DNA of 64,000 bases from contig CM059432.1 of assembly GCA_030390025.1 (NCBI GenBank), forward strand, positions 14,944,001-15,008,000. The letters are read 5' to 3'. Origin of the DNA: Squalus acanthias (lineage: Eukaryota). Positions within the stretch are counted from its first letter, which is position 1. Every line of letters starts with the position of its first letter. A program made the position numbers and the translations under genes. The notes beneath the pieces are model-generated. The model searched no databases, had not been told where the DNA came from, and saw only the letters and a list, made by a program, of their open reading frames with translations. Of the stretch, positions 1 through 12,918 are shown in pieces.

Positions 1-94
1 TGTGGGGTCCTCTATAAGGAATCCATTCCGTATTATCACCCTTCACACCGGAAGCTTTGGCGTAGATATCTGACTTGGATATTGACATTTGATT

Positions 95-1255
95 TGCTTT
101 GCTACTACCATACGAAAGAAGAAGATTGATATAGATATTAAATAGCTGAGGCCCAAGTACTGATCCTTGCGGTACCCCACTAGTTACAGACTGCCAACCT
201 GAAAATGACCCGCTTATATGCAGGCAACACTTATCTTAACCTCTTGCCCTTCTCTTGATTAACTGTGCCATCAGACTGCCAATCTGACACGGATCCCCTT
301 TACCACTCACTTTCTCTTCATGTTTTTATAAAAGCTTTTGCTGTTAGCTTTGGTATCCTTTGCAAGTTTGTTTTTCATATTCCTTTTGTCAACTCATTAC
401 TTTAGTTTATCCCTTTATTGCTTTTTATAGCTCTCCCAGTCGGGTAGATTTCCACTTTTCCTTGCATTTGTTTAAGCCTTTTCTTGATTCTGTCTCTTAC
501 CTCATTGTTCACCATGGTTGCTTAACTACACAAGTGGAGCCTTTGCCTTTTAGGCAGTATGTTATGGTTTTGTATCGTACCAAATACTTCTTTGAATTCC
601 CACTGTTTTGTCCGTGGATTTACCCGTTAACAGTTCAGCCCAATTTACTGTGGTCAATTAATTTCTCATCCCTTCAAAGTTTGCCTTACTTAAATTTAAA
701 ACCTTGGTTTCTGACGCTCCTTCTCAAGCCTAATATATAATTCAATAATACTATGATCGCTATTTGCAAGATGCTCCCTCACCAAGAAAACTGTCCCAAA
801 TACATTCAAGAAATTGATTGCCGTTCCTACTTGAGCTGTTCTGCTTCTCCCAGTCCATAAGAAAATTGAAATCTCCCATTGTAACCACATTGTTTTTGCT
901 ACATTCTTCCTTGATCTCCGTATTTATACATCCCTCCACTACATTACTATCATCAGGAGGTCTGAAGAAAGCTCCTAACAGAGTCTTGTCTGCTTTGCTG
1001 TTCCTTAACTCTACTCATAGCGCTTCAGTGCCCGATCACCCTTACCGAAAACCCTTCTTTCGACCATTAATTTTCTGTAAAAAGTGTAAAGCAGTGGCCT
1101 TGGTGATGGCTCTTGCTGAGGTTCTCTGGTACCTTCCCATAAAGGCCATCATCACGTGTGAGATCCTTCCCTCTCCCCATGGTATTGGACCATGGAGTGA
1201 GGGAACGGGGGTTGGGAAGGAAATCACAGCCAAGCTTATTCTTCTCCCAGTGTTT
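95..1255 (-). mobile_element. Old, fragmented CR1 LINE remnants
   Basis: Reverse complement of GGGGTACCGCAAGGATCAGTACTTGGGCC (GVPQGSVLG) near 150-180; APE-like MGDFN and YRPP remnants at 860-980. Confidence 0.6.
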
Positions 1256-1647
1256 TGAAGTCATTTTTAAAAGAGAAAAGTAGAATTAAAGTTAATTCAA
1301 CAAAACCTGATGTCCATACAATCTGCAGGTGAATTGGATAGTAGGTGGAGAGGGAAAATCAAACTGGTTTCTATTTCTATTTGACCTGCTGAGTGTTGTC
1401 CAGCATTTGTTTTTAATTTCAGATTTCCAGCATCTGATGTATTTTGCTTTTCTGCTCCTGTCTCTTTTAAATACTTTTCATTCTGGATTTTATCATCTCT
1501 GGGGGGGGGGGGAAGAACAAAATGGCAATAGAACAGATCGAAGTAAATAGCAATTAAGAGACAGCAACAGCCCTGTTTTATATCAGGGAATTTAACATTT
1601 ACAGATGCAGAGGGGGAGTCACTATCATTATGCACAGGGTGAAAAGT

Positions 1648-2345
1648 ATAGAATCATAGTATCACAGAATGGTTACAGCACAGAAGGAGGCCATTCGGAA
1701 CGTCGACCCGTGCCGGCTCTCTGCAAGCGCACTCCAGCTAGTCCCACTCCCCCCGCCCTTTCCCCGAAGCCCTGCAAATTTTTTCCCCTCAGGTACTTAT
1801 CCAATTCCCTTTTGAAAGCCGTGATTGAGTCTGCCTCCACCACCCTCTCAGACAGTGCATTCCAGATCCTAACCACTCGCTGCATAAAAATGAGATCAAG
1901 TCTGATCTGCGACCTAACTCCACATACCTGCCTTTGCCCCATATCCCTTAATACCTTTGGTTAACAAAAATCTATCAATCTCAGATTTAAAATCAATAAT
2001 TAATCTAGCATCAATTGCCATTTGCAGAAGAGCGTTCCAAACATCTACCACCTTTGTGTGTAGAAGTGTTTCCTAATTTCACTCCTGAAAGGTCTGGCTC
2101 TAATTTTTAGACTATGCCCCCTAGTCCGAGAATCCCCAACCAGCGGAAATAGTTTCTCTCTATCTACCCTATCTGTTCCCCTTAATATCTTGAAAACTTC
2201 GATCAGATCACCCCTTAACCTTCTAAATTCTGGGGAACACAACCCTAATTTGTGTAATCTCTCCTCGTAACTTAACCCTTGGAGTCCGGGTATCATTCTG
2301 GTAAACCTACACTGCGCTCCCTCCAAGGCCAATATATCCTTCCTA
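1648..2345 (-). mobile_element. Two abutting CR1 3' fragments
   Basis: RRLRGDLIEVFKILRG...RTRGHSLKI and QRVVRIWNAL...FKRELDKYL plus the CR1 3'UTR. Confidence 0.85.
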
Positions 2346-3304
2346 GTTACTTGAATAAACGATGAAGTGGTTAAGCGATATTAGCCTAAGTGATACAAGT
2401 CAAGCCAGCAAAGGGAGGAACGCTCACGACAATTCCTCTTCAAAAAGACAGCGGTTTGAAAAGCTTCGGAAATCTTTCAAAAAGCACTCCAACTGTGATG
2501 AGAAGAAAAGTACTCTTAGACTTGCAAATGTTACTGTAAACTGAAAGTCTTTTAGTGCAAAATTTATTCCGAAATTAGCATGATATTTCAATTGAACTTC
2601 AACATTTCAAATAGTAGTTTAATAAGTGTGTGTTCCTTTTTTTCCCTTCTAGACACGATCTCCAGATCATACGAAGGGGGAGACATGCAATGAAATGTCC
2701 CTGGAGACCAGCTTTATTTCTTCCAAGGAAAAGAAAAGCAAGCTGAAGTGCACTGAACTATCTGAAAGGTTTAATAAGAATAAAAGCCTGGCTATAAATC
2801 AAGTCATATTCTCCATAAGCTGTTTGAACTACTGAAGAGACCATTAGCACTCACTTCTATGCTCCATAGGATAGCCCAATAGCTTCAGCAGTGCCCATCC
2901 TTGGCTCCCAATGCAATGCTCAAAGCCCAATCTTTACTGACATTTGAACTTGCCCACTTGCCTCAGTGCTGATCTCACCAACTCTCAACCACAGCTGATC
3001 GATCCTCCTTAATTTAAAGTCAGAGCAAAATGAAATACTTGCATTTATACAAGAGACTTCCGCGTTATTGAAATGTTGCAAGGTGCCGTGACTGTAGTTA
3101 TATAAAGATAGGACTTAAAGGATAGAGAGGAGAAAAGTGTGTAGAAAAAAATTGTTCCAGGTTTTTTTAGTCATCTTTTCTAGATTTTGGGATTTTTTTT
3201 TTACTTCAATATTTGAAAAGCAGAATTTGCAGTTACATATTAGCCTGATCACACCCCAAAGTGTTTCAAATCCTATGAATATTATGTAAGCAAATACCAA
3301 AGTC

Positions 3305-3972
3305 CACAAGCAGTTAGGAAGGCAAATGGTATGTTGGCCTTCATTGCAAGAGGATTTGAGTACAGGAGCAAGGATGTCTTACTACAGTTATACAGGGTCA
3401 AGGTGAGACCACACCTGGAGTACTGTGTGCAGTTTTGGTCTCCTTACCTAAGAGAGGATACACTTGCCATAGAGGGAGTGCAGCAGAGGTTCACCAGACT
3501 GATTCCTGAGATGGCAGGACTGTCGTATGAGGAGAGATTGGGTCGACTAGGCCTGTATTCACTAGAGCTCAGAAGAATGAGAGGGGATCTCATTGAAACG
3601 TATAAAATTCTGACAGGGCTAGACAGACTGGATGCAGGGAGGATGTTTCCCCTGGCTGGGGGGTCCAGAACGAGGGGTCACAGTCTCAGGATACAGGGTA
3701 GGACATTTAGGACTGAGATGAGGAGAAATTTCTTCATTCAGATGGTGGTGAACCTGTGGAATTCTCTACCACAGAAGGCTGTGGAGGCCAAGTCACTGAA
3801 TATATTTAAGAAGGAGATAGATAGATTTCTAGACACAAAAGGCATCAAGGGGTATGGGGAGAGAGCGGGAATATGGTATTGAGATAGAGGATCAGCCATG
3901 ATCATATTGAATGGCGGAGCAGGCTCGAAGGGCGAATGGCCTACTCCTGCTCCTATTTTTCTATGTTTCTAA
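3305..3972 (+). mobile_element. CR1 LINE 3' end
   Basis: ORF 3331-3882 (RPHLEYCVQFWSP, RGDLIETYKIL, WNSLP), then the 3'UTR hairpin and TTCTATGT tail. Confidence 0.92.
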
Positions 3973-4741
3973 ATAGCGAATCACCAATTAATCAGGGTTT
4001 TATTTTGGTGGTAGTGGTTGAGGGAAGAACATTGGCCGGTACACTGGGAGAAATCATTGCTCTTCCTCAAATAATTCCATGCCATATTTTATATCACCCG
4101 AATAAGCAGGCAGTACCTCCAACAAAACAGCACAGAAGTGTTAGCCTGGATCATGTTCTCAGATGCCGGAGAGGGGTTGAACCCAAAACCTTCTGACTTA
4201 GAGATGAGAATGCCACCTGCTGAATCCAGCTGGCACCAACAAAGAGTTGCAGATACATGGATAATTTTCCATAGAACTTTGATAAATTTAAAGCTGGAGA
4301 AAAAGCTGCAAAATTAACTCACTGCCCTGATAATTCAGTGGCCTGAATTTTATACTGGATGAGATGGTTACACTATCCCCAGTGTAAATGTAGCAGTGCA
4401 AAAGATACGTGTTCCAAAATCTATTAAAAAAAATGTTTCCTTCTGCACCTCCCCCTCAAAAAAACCTCTTGCTTTGGAAAAGGAATATATAGCTCCAGAT
4501 TACATCACCCAGTGTTTATGGACATATCTACAGAAGCAGATATTTTAGAAAGACAAAAAGAGGAAGCCACTTGAAGACTGGTGAAATTCTGTTCAACTAC
4601 TTTTCAGTCAGTCATTGAGGTGGTAAGTTAGCAATGCCAAATGATATGGCATAAACTCCCTGCCTTATCACTAGAATTTACTAGACAATTGAGGTTCTCT
4701 ATTTCTCATTGCAAGGAACTATGGTTAGAGAGTTGGGATAT

Positions 4742-5270
4742 AAACAGATAATGCTGGCAACACTCAGCGGGTCAGGCAGCATCTGTGGAGAGAGAAACAG
4801 AGTTAACGTTTCAGGTCATTGACCTTTCGTCAGAACTGGAAATTGTTACAGGTGGATCATGTTTTAAGCAAGTACAGAGGCGGGGAAAGGGGGGAGGGGA
4901 GGAAAGAACAAAAGGGAAGATCTGTGATGGGGTGGAAGGCATAGAAGTGATAGATCCATCTTTTGTTTCTTTACTTGTCCCATTAACAACACCTTTCGCC
5001 TTGCACCATCATCCTTTTTGTAATTTAATCACTCCTACCTTCTACCCTATCACAGAACTCAGGGAATGAAGAGATATGGGGATAGGGCGGGAAAGTAGAG
5101 TTGAGGTAGAAGATCAGCCATGATCTTACTGAATGGCAGAGCAGATTCGAAGGGCCGTACGGCCTACTCCCGCTTCTATTTCTTATGTTCTTATGGTGCC
5201 TGACCTGCTGAGTATTTCAAGCATTTTGTTGATATTTCAGATTTCCAGCATCCACAGTATTTTGCTTTTG
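4742..5270. mobile_element. Penelope pLTR pieces in inverted arrangement, with a CR1 3' end (~5058-5193) between them
   Basis: 4742-4940 resembles 16161-16340 including the hammerhead; 4958-5056 and 5197-5270 are oppositely oriented pLTR segments. Confidence 0.7.
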
Positions 5271-7142
5271 TGTCAGAGACTTGGGAACTTGCTGTCTGGC
5301 ATCAGGAGTTTGATTGTGCCGTGTTTCACGGCAGCAGTCTCACATTGGGATTGGCCTGGTGATGAAATAATGATTAGCGCAAATAACGATGGTTGAACTC
5401 TGCGTGGCACATGATTGATGTTTCATGAATTTTGGGACCATTTTCAGGAAGGCAGCTTGTCAGGGATGAATAATGTAGGATGCAATGTAGGATAGGCATT
5501 CTGGAGTTTCGCTTTTTAGGGGCAAGGAAGACTTCTCAGAACTCTTCCTCAGGAGACAGAATGGGTCGTGTAGAACCCATAAACCTACAAATTATACCAT
5601 GTTTGTAGTGCAAACAGGCTCAATGGATTAAAAGGCTTTTTCTAGTTCCATGTCTTCTTACATTCTTAAGCCTCAGCTAAAGAGATTATTAATGACAAAA
5701 TAGTTATATTATTCAAGAAAAATATCAAAATAGGGTACTTCAACTTTTTAATTTCTGAAGTACTCATATAATCTTTATCTCAACATTTCCAGTTTAGATT
5801 GAAGTCAGAAATGTATTCAGCTTTGAGCTTCCTCAAAGCAGCTGTCTGAAAGCCCCAGGTAGTGACATTTTGATGCACAGTATGTACTCTGATTATAGCA
5901 CAAAGGGGAAAAGATGTCCATCTGCCACCACTGAAAATAAATTGGATTTAAGCTCTTTGGCATGTTCAGGAATATTTCCTTCTATTTTAGGGCACAGTGC
6001 TATGTTTTGCCACACTTGAAAAGAAAATGTGTTGTCTACGTTTTAAACTGAAAGGTTGTAGACTAGCTAATGCCAGAGAACTTCTTTTCAATGCCGACCA
6101 GATGGATACCCACCCACTATGAAATCAAAATTTGGATGATCACTTTAAGTGAGCTGAGAATCTGAATCCGATTTTGATCTCGTCTCAACTGGGAACACCA
6201 AAGAACACCTTTCAAATAAAGTATACTAAATCCTAGATTACAGCGCCTGTTTGATTAGTGTTCTGTGCATCTTATAAGATGAAAACAAGCTAACATCTAC
6301 ATTTTTTATTGTGCATTCCTAAATTCCATTTGACTTATTTGCTTTTTATTCCATTCTTTAGAAGGCAATATACATGAAGTATTTTGAACAATGAGTTTTC
6401 ATGGACACCGATGGCTCATTGGAGCCAACCACAAATTCAATGCATATAATGTAATAAATCCAAAAACCTCATCAGACTTTGACAGCCACTGACACTGGCT
6501 TATGTTTAGCAAATATTCGTGTATGAAAGTGCTTTTCTGTTAAACATTACAACAGGTTAAGAACCCAGTGTAGTTCATTTATACTTGGCAAAAAACAACC
6601 CTGTGAATTCCATTAACTCTTGGATTGATTTCAACAGACAACCATTTTCAACCAAAGAGTAAATTTGGTTGAATTGCTAGGGGAAATTATCATTCTACTC
6701 CAAAACCATGTGTATATACATTAGAATTGAGTTTATAAAAAAATATTTCAAACATAGGCAAGCGGTGTTCTCACCTTTTGATGAAAAGTTTGCGGGTGCA
6801 AGCTCCCCCAAGGATCTATGCCCTGTTGTTAATATGGTACACGAGATACACGACAGCGCTAAATCATAGAGCAGAAACTGATAGCCAAGTTCCGCACTCA
6901 TGAGGATGGCCTCAATCGCGATATCGGGTTCATGTCACGATACAGAACGTGACTTGACATCATGGCCGGTCTTCCCAGGTGTTTTTTTTGGTTTTTTTTT
7001 TTTAAAAACACAAGAACACAAATTGACAGGATATGCAGCCAGCAGGTGGTTTGACACGCTGGACCCCCTGGGACACATCTCATTGTCTTGGCTGTGCTCT
7101 TTGTTGTAGCGAATAATGTGAATAGATTTTGTCTGGGTTTAA

Positions 7143-7264
7143 ATTGTGAATTCTGGGAGATTCTCTCATTGCTAACTTACCTGACGAAGGAGCGACAGCT
7201 CCGAAAGCTTGTAAAATTAAATAAATCTGTTGGACTATAACCTGGTGTTGTGCGACTTCTCACT
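7143..7264 (+). mobile_element. Short hammerhead-bearing Penelope-like element, copy 1 (single arm, subfamily with 5' extension)
   Basis: TTAC-CTGACGA-A-GGAGC-GACA-GCTCC-GAAA-GC-TT-GTAA at 7177-7214, then AATAAA and TGTTGGACTATAACCTGGTGTTGTGCGACTTCTCAC. No clear TSD. Confidence 0.85.
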
Positions 7265-9831
7265 GTTGTTAATACTGAGTGAGGGAGGGGGGATCTGTTG
7301 AGTTTAGAGATTGTCATATTATTTCAACCCAAGTCCTATCTCCTAATGGCAAGAGAAGCAAGAAACCCAACTGTAACAGTAACACTTGATCCCAAACACC
7401 CAAAGAAACCCAGATAAAGAAATAACTTGCATTTATATTGCACCTTTAACATCCTCAGGATGTCCCAAAACTCTTCATGGCTGACGAAGTACTTTTTTAC
7501 ATGTAGTCACTGTTGTAATGTAGGTAGATGTGGCAGCCAATTTGCACACAGCAAGGTCTCAGATTAATGTGAGATTAATGACCAGATCATTTGTTTTTAG
7601 CGAAGTTGATTGAGGGATAAATATTTATTATTTTTTAAATTCGTTCATGGGATGTGGGCGTCGCTGGCAAGGCCGGCATTTATTGCCCATCCCTAATTAC
7701 CTTTGAGAAGGTGGTGGTGAACCGCAGAGGGCAGTTAAGAGTCAATCACATTGCTGTGGGTCTGGAGTCACATATAGGCCAGACCGGGTAAGGACGGCAG
7801 ATTTCCTTCCCGAAAGGACATTAGTGAACCAGATGGGTTTTTATGACAATCCGGTAGTTGCATGGTCACCATTACTGATACTAGTTTTTAATTCCAGATG
7901 TACTTAATTAATTGAAATATTGACTAGGACACCAGGAAAACTCCCCGGCTCCTCTTCGAATAGTGCCATGGGATCTTTTACATCCAGCTGAGAAAGCAGA
8001 CAGGGTCTCGGTTTAATGTCTCATCCGAAAGATGGTACAACACTCCTTAGTACTCCATTTGCTTACCTGCACCCTAATGTGTATGCATCTGACTGGATTC
8101 TGGTTAAGTATTTTCAATATGAAAACAGTTTAGAAATGCAACCCTACAGCTTGCCTTGTGTAAAAAAAAAATGAACCGCATCGGTAGCAATTGCATGGTC
8201 TCAGTATATGAAAGGGTTGCCAACCAACACTGAACATTACTGAGATCTCAGGCACTTTTTCCAGAGGGCCATATAACATAGCTCTTTGAATTATCTTATA
8301 ATGAACTTCAGGGAACTTACATAAGCAATTTGCACCTCGTTTGCCCATATCTCAGACTGTAAGAATAAAATGCTTAAAATGCTCACACATTCAGTATTTG
8401 TCACTTTAATTCCTCACTATCCCTTCATTATTGGGATTCGATCTGTCATAAATTGCAGTAGAATATTACCTAGACACTGTAAAATGTGCTTTGTGTTCTT
8501 TCAACCATAACTCATTACAGAGAACTTTCACGGCATCAATAACTCACCATCGCCCTTTTGGTTCGGCTCAATACCCTGCCTACTATTTAGTGATAAAATC
8601 TGATATAATAAAATATTAATTATGACCGAAAGGCTGCATTGGAAATATGAACTCAATTATGGCTCACATATTGTGAATGAAGGGCAGGGCAAAAAAGCCT
8701 CACGGTTTTAGAGGACTCAATATATAAAAGAGCCCTCGAAGATTAGAATTAGATTTATCTCATTTTTTTTTTTAAAAAGAGTTTAAGAATGCACTATAGT
8801 CATGATGGAATTCTAACGCTAAGATACATTTTGCCCCTAAATAATGCTTAACTTAGGAAGTTGCTACATAAACTTGATCTGTTCTTGCCTTTCTATATTT
8901 AGCTACCGGTAAAACCACAACCTTTGAAGGAAAAACTTACAATTGGCTTGGGCTAGTCCTGACACTGCTAATCCCCTTGAATCATACATTTGTCACAACT
9001 TGTGCAGTTCCCTGGGGCTGATAGCTAGTAGCTAGTGGCGATGAAATAACAGCAATCCTTGTCTACGCTCTGGGCAAGCAAATATAGAAAACACTAAGAA
9101 AGTGAGGCAGTATCAAGTTTATTCATTCATTTCAATTAGCTATTACCTGATATTGTTTCTATCGCAGCATTACTGCCCTGAAATTGCCTCATTGCAGTGC
9201 TCTTTTCTGTTTTGGTTTTATGCACAGTGAATGAAATCACTCAAATTGTTTCGGATGGATAAAGTCAATGGATAGGGAATTATTCCCAGGATACATTCAT
9301 ACTTGGTTCATTGGAACAAGAAAGCCTCTTGGGAACTGATCCATGTTCTACCGCAGAAACTGCAGAGCTTCACCCCTATAATTGTAGTTGATCCACGCAA
9401 CTGCTCCCAAAATTGTTAAAGTGAAAACATTTGAGGGTTTCATTCCCTCTGCATTATTTGTAGTGTAGCGGTCAACACATTCGAGTTCCATTCCTGTCTG
9501 TGTTATTTTAAAACAACAGTCAATTTGTGTGCAATAAACAAGCTAATGCCTGCATTAAAATAGTGCAGAGAGGAATTTAATGTGAGAATTTAACGTGTAT
9601 ATGGTAACCAGTGTGCTAACAAGACAATTCCCTGGTTCCTACCCGTGCTCTTATTATGTGACCTTAAGTAAGAAAATTATGAATGTCAAGTGTCACTCTT
9701 TTCCAAGTTAATCTTATTTGAGGTAATCATTAATACGCAGTGCAATGACAGACCGGGTTCTCTTTCCTACCCTGTGGCAGCTTAGGGAAGTAACTGTTCC
9801 CCATTGTTAACAGACAGTACAAATTTGTGAC

Positions 9832-10282
9832 GAGTTGGTAGCACTCTCGCCTCTGAGTCAGAAGGTTGTGGGTTCAAGTCCCACTCCAGAGACTTGAGCA
9901 CAAAAATCTAGGACTGACACTCCAGTGCAGTGCTGAGGGAGTGCTGCACTGTCGGAGGTACTGTCTTTCGGATGAGATGTTAAACCAGGTTAAACCTGCT
10001 CTCTCAGGTGGACGCAAAAGATCCCATGGCACTATTTCGAAGAAGAACAGGGGAGTTCTCCCCGGTGTCCTGGCCAATATTCATCCATCTACCAACATCA
10101 CGAAAACAGATTAGCTGGCCATTATCACATTGCTGTTTGTGGGACCTTGCTGTGCGCAAATTGGCTGCCACGTTTCCCACATTATAACAGTGACTGCACT
10201 TCAAAAGTACTTCATTGGCAGTAAAGCACTTTGGGATGTCCTGAGGTCATGAAAGGCGCTGTATAAATGCAAGTCTTTCTTT
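9832..10282 (+). mobile_element. tRNA-derived Deu-domain SINE (SacSINE1/AmnSINE-like) with L2-type tail
   Basis: Box A/B head (AGTTGGTAGC...GGTTCAAGTCC), central GGATGAGA...AAAGATCCCATGGCAC...CCCCGGTGTCCTGGCCAA, tail ATAAATGCAAGTCTTTC. Other copies at ~7420-8050(-), 15497-15810(-), 16080-17330(-), 20150-20740(+), 25228-25790(-), 39415-39670(+), 48280-48660(+), 52378-52750(-), 60455-60820(-). Confidence 0.85.
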
Positions 10283-11208
10283 CTCCTTTTTATCTTTTGG
10301 AGTGATCACCTCTGGGCTGGACCTGCTTGCCCATGTTTGTGGTTCAATCAGTGCAATCAAGTTTCCAACTTTTCCAGACAGCAGCCCCCTTCCAGTCACT
10401 GTGGGAAATTCAAATCTGCTGATTTTAGCATGCATTGCTACTGATCAATTCTGGAACATACCCGCTCCTACTGTCAGACACAATCTTCAAGCATCCTGCC
10501 TGATAAATAGAAGACCAACAGACAAGTAATGCAGCAGAACCCATTGTCTTCAACATCCACCATCTCAGCCACGTAACCTTTCCATTCCACTCAACAAATT
10601 CCAAGGTAAGCTGCTGAGTGGAAAAAATAGGATTCGAGCAGATAGCTTCAGGTGAAGAGCTATCAGCAGCTCAGGTATAATGAGCTGAATAGCCTTCTTC
10701 GCTGCTGCAATTTCTATGATGTCTGTCTCCTCATCCCCATCTGTCACATTACAGAAGCCATTCTGACGTTTGCCTGCTCTCAATGTCTGTAGGCCAAAAT
10801 CATAACACTCTCACTGGAGAGTCATGCTTCTTTTATTGTCATTATTATTGCTACAAAATACATCAGCTTGTAAGGAACCTTCATAAAATATTTATTGATC
10901 GAATCATTATGTAGATTGGGTGAGATCACAAGACTAGGTGTAATAGACCTGCAATGTTCTAGCTGCATCTAACTTTTTAACATTTTATAATTATTATAAT
11001 AATATCGCAGAGGAGGAGACAGAGAGGTAACAAAACAAAAAAAAAAAGCATCCAGATCGAGTATGAAGAGTAGGACAGAAAACTCCTGTAGAAGTGAAGG
11101 AAGATGTGTCAATGTTGTCGTAGGGGCGAATGGAATAATTATTCTGCATGATCTGCTGCTGTTAGGCAGAGCACGGAGAAAGACACAAGAGTTTTTTGGA
11201 AATAATAA

Positions 11209-11485
11209 GAACATAAGAGAACATAAGAAATAGGAGCAGGAGTAGGCCAATCGGCCCCTCGAGCCTGCTCCGCCATTCAATAAGATCATGGCTGATCTGA
11301 TCCTAACCTCAAATCTAAAGAACACAAGAAGTGGGAGCAGGACCCAGCCACTCAGCCCCTGGGCCCACTCCGCCACCCACAGGGCCCTGACCGATCCGAA
11401 CTCAGCCTCGTGTCCAATTTCCTGCCCGCTCACCGTAACCCCTAATTCCCTTTACCTCTAGGAAACTATCTATTTCTGTTTTAAA
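11209..11485 (-). mobile_element. CR1 3' end with tandem 3'UTR
   Basis: GAACATAAGA tail, 3'UTR consensus, then a second diverged 3'UTR and KTEIDSFLEVKGIRGYGERAG. Confidence 0.75.
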
Positions 11486-11493
11486 TTTATAAT

Positions 11494-12140
11494 GGCCCTG
11501 AATTTGCGGTCGGAGGCTTCCTGCGTGGAAATGCCTCCGATCCGTAAATAAAATGCCCGCATACCCAGGGCCGCAGTCCTGGGGCTCCCCGGGTAGAGGC
11601 CCACGTATCCCAGGGGCGCAGGCGGTTCGCAAGATCCCCTGGGATCATGTGGGCCGGACCAACGAATGACAGAAGGGAATCCCCATTCATGCTTATGGGG
11701 ATTCCGGATGTACGTAAACCCCATAAGCATGAATGGGAAAACCCAAAAAAATACACCTAGACATCAAATAATTTTTTAAAAAACCATCACATATTTAAAA
11801 TTAATTAAAATTGTATTTAATTAAATATTTAAAACAAAAATGTAATTTTTTGAAAAATAAATTTACATGTTTTAAAGGGGCTAAAATAAACTTTCCTTAT
11901 TTCACAGGTTTTTAAATGTATAAATTATTGGGAAAATTTTATTTTTCTGTTTTTTAAGACTCTTACGCTGGTAAAAGCAGGCCTTTTCCCGGGGATGCGG
12001 ATCATCTGTCAGATTCTTGACAGATCGTAAGTTCCGGGTTTTAGCGCGTGCGCAGTGCATGCCTAAACCCGGAACTTGCGGGGCCCCTGCAGGCGTGTAC
12101 ACACCTCGTACACACCCGTAGGGGCCGCACATTACGGCCC
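11494..12140. mobile_element. PIF/Harbinger-like MITE with GC-rich ends and AT-rich core; related copy at 61151-61999
   Basis: Imperfect TIR GGCCCTGAATTTGCGG / CCGCACATTACGGCCC with 3-bp AAT on both sides; colinear with 61151-61999. Confidence 0.75.
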
Positions 12141-12804
12141 AATACTGTCTGCACCAAGCAATACAAACCAGAAGGAGTAATGAATTGAGTGAAATTTGCG
12201 TACTGTTAGTTTGAGCTTGTATGTGTTTGGTATCATCAAGTACGCGACAGATTTTTAATTTGTGCAAAATGAAAAAGATCAAGCAGAAGGAAAATTGGAA
12301 TAAGTTTTGCTGCAGTGCGAATGATCAGTTCTAGGAATTAATTTTCATTCTGTGTTTTATCTATTATAGTAGATAAAACACAGAATGAAAGATAATTCCT
12401 TGAGCTTCTTTAAAAAGTGTTTCAATCCTAAACATTTGTTACCAAGGAAGTATCCAATGCTCTGATTGTTTGGCTCAATTAGTATCACTCTTGACTCCGA
12501 ATCAGTTCAAGCCCCATTTCCTATTAACCTGCTCAACATTTGTTCCTCAACCAGCACTGCCAAAATAAAGCAAAGTAACTGGTCATTCATCTCATTGTTG
12601 TTTGTGGGATTTTGCGGTGTTCAAAATGGCTGCCTCTCTATGCTCACATAATAACAATGACTACACTTCAAATATATATCCACTTGATTTAAAGAGGTAG
12701 TGTAGTTGTCATCTGGAGTATCTATGTAATTCTGGGATGGTAGTGTAGTGGTAGAGAATGTCTCATGCCAACACAAAATCTGTAACAGTGGCTTTGCATC
12801 CAGA

Positions 12805-12918
12805 ATTGAGAGGTCGCACAACACCAGGTTATAGTCCAACAGTTTTATTTTAAATCACAAGCTTTCGGAGTTACAACTCCTTCGTCGGGTGAAGTCCAAC
12901 ACCGGCATCTCCGCATCA
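12805..12918. mobile_element. Short hammerhead-bearing element, copy 2 (inverted arm joined to sense tail)
   Basis: TSD TTTGCATCCAGA at 12793-12804 and 12919-12930. The minus-strand arm has a mutated core (CCGACGA) and joins the plus-strand tail GTCCAACACCGGCATCTCCGCATCA. Confidence 0.88.

Noticed and set aside
2653..2768. Possible plus-strand exon (good pyrimidine tract and AG, open frame TRSPDHTKGETCNE...)
   Set aside because: Weak donor (gtttaa) and no recognisable homology; other nearby acceptor-like sites (~6362, ~9229) have stops in all frames. An antisense non-coding transcript cannot be excluded without RNA data.
9832..9900. tRNA gene
   Set aside because: Box A/B head continuous with a SINE body; the same applies at ~20150, ~48290 and ~59870.
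10290..10790. Non-repetitive stretch with short minus-strand ORFs after an AG acceptor-like site
   Set aside because: The translation resembles no PTPRM exon or family I recognise.
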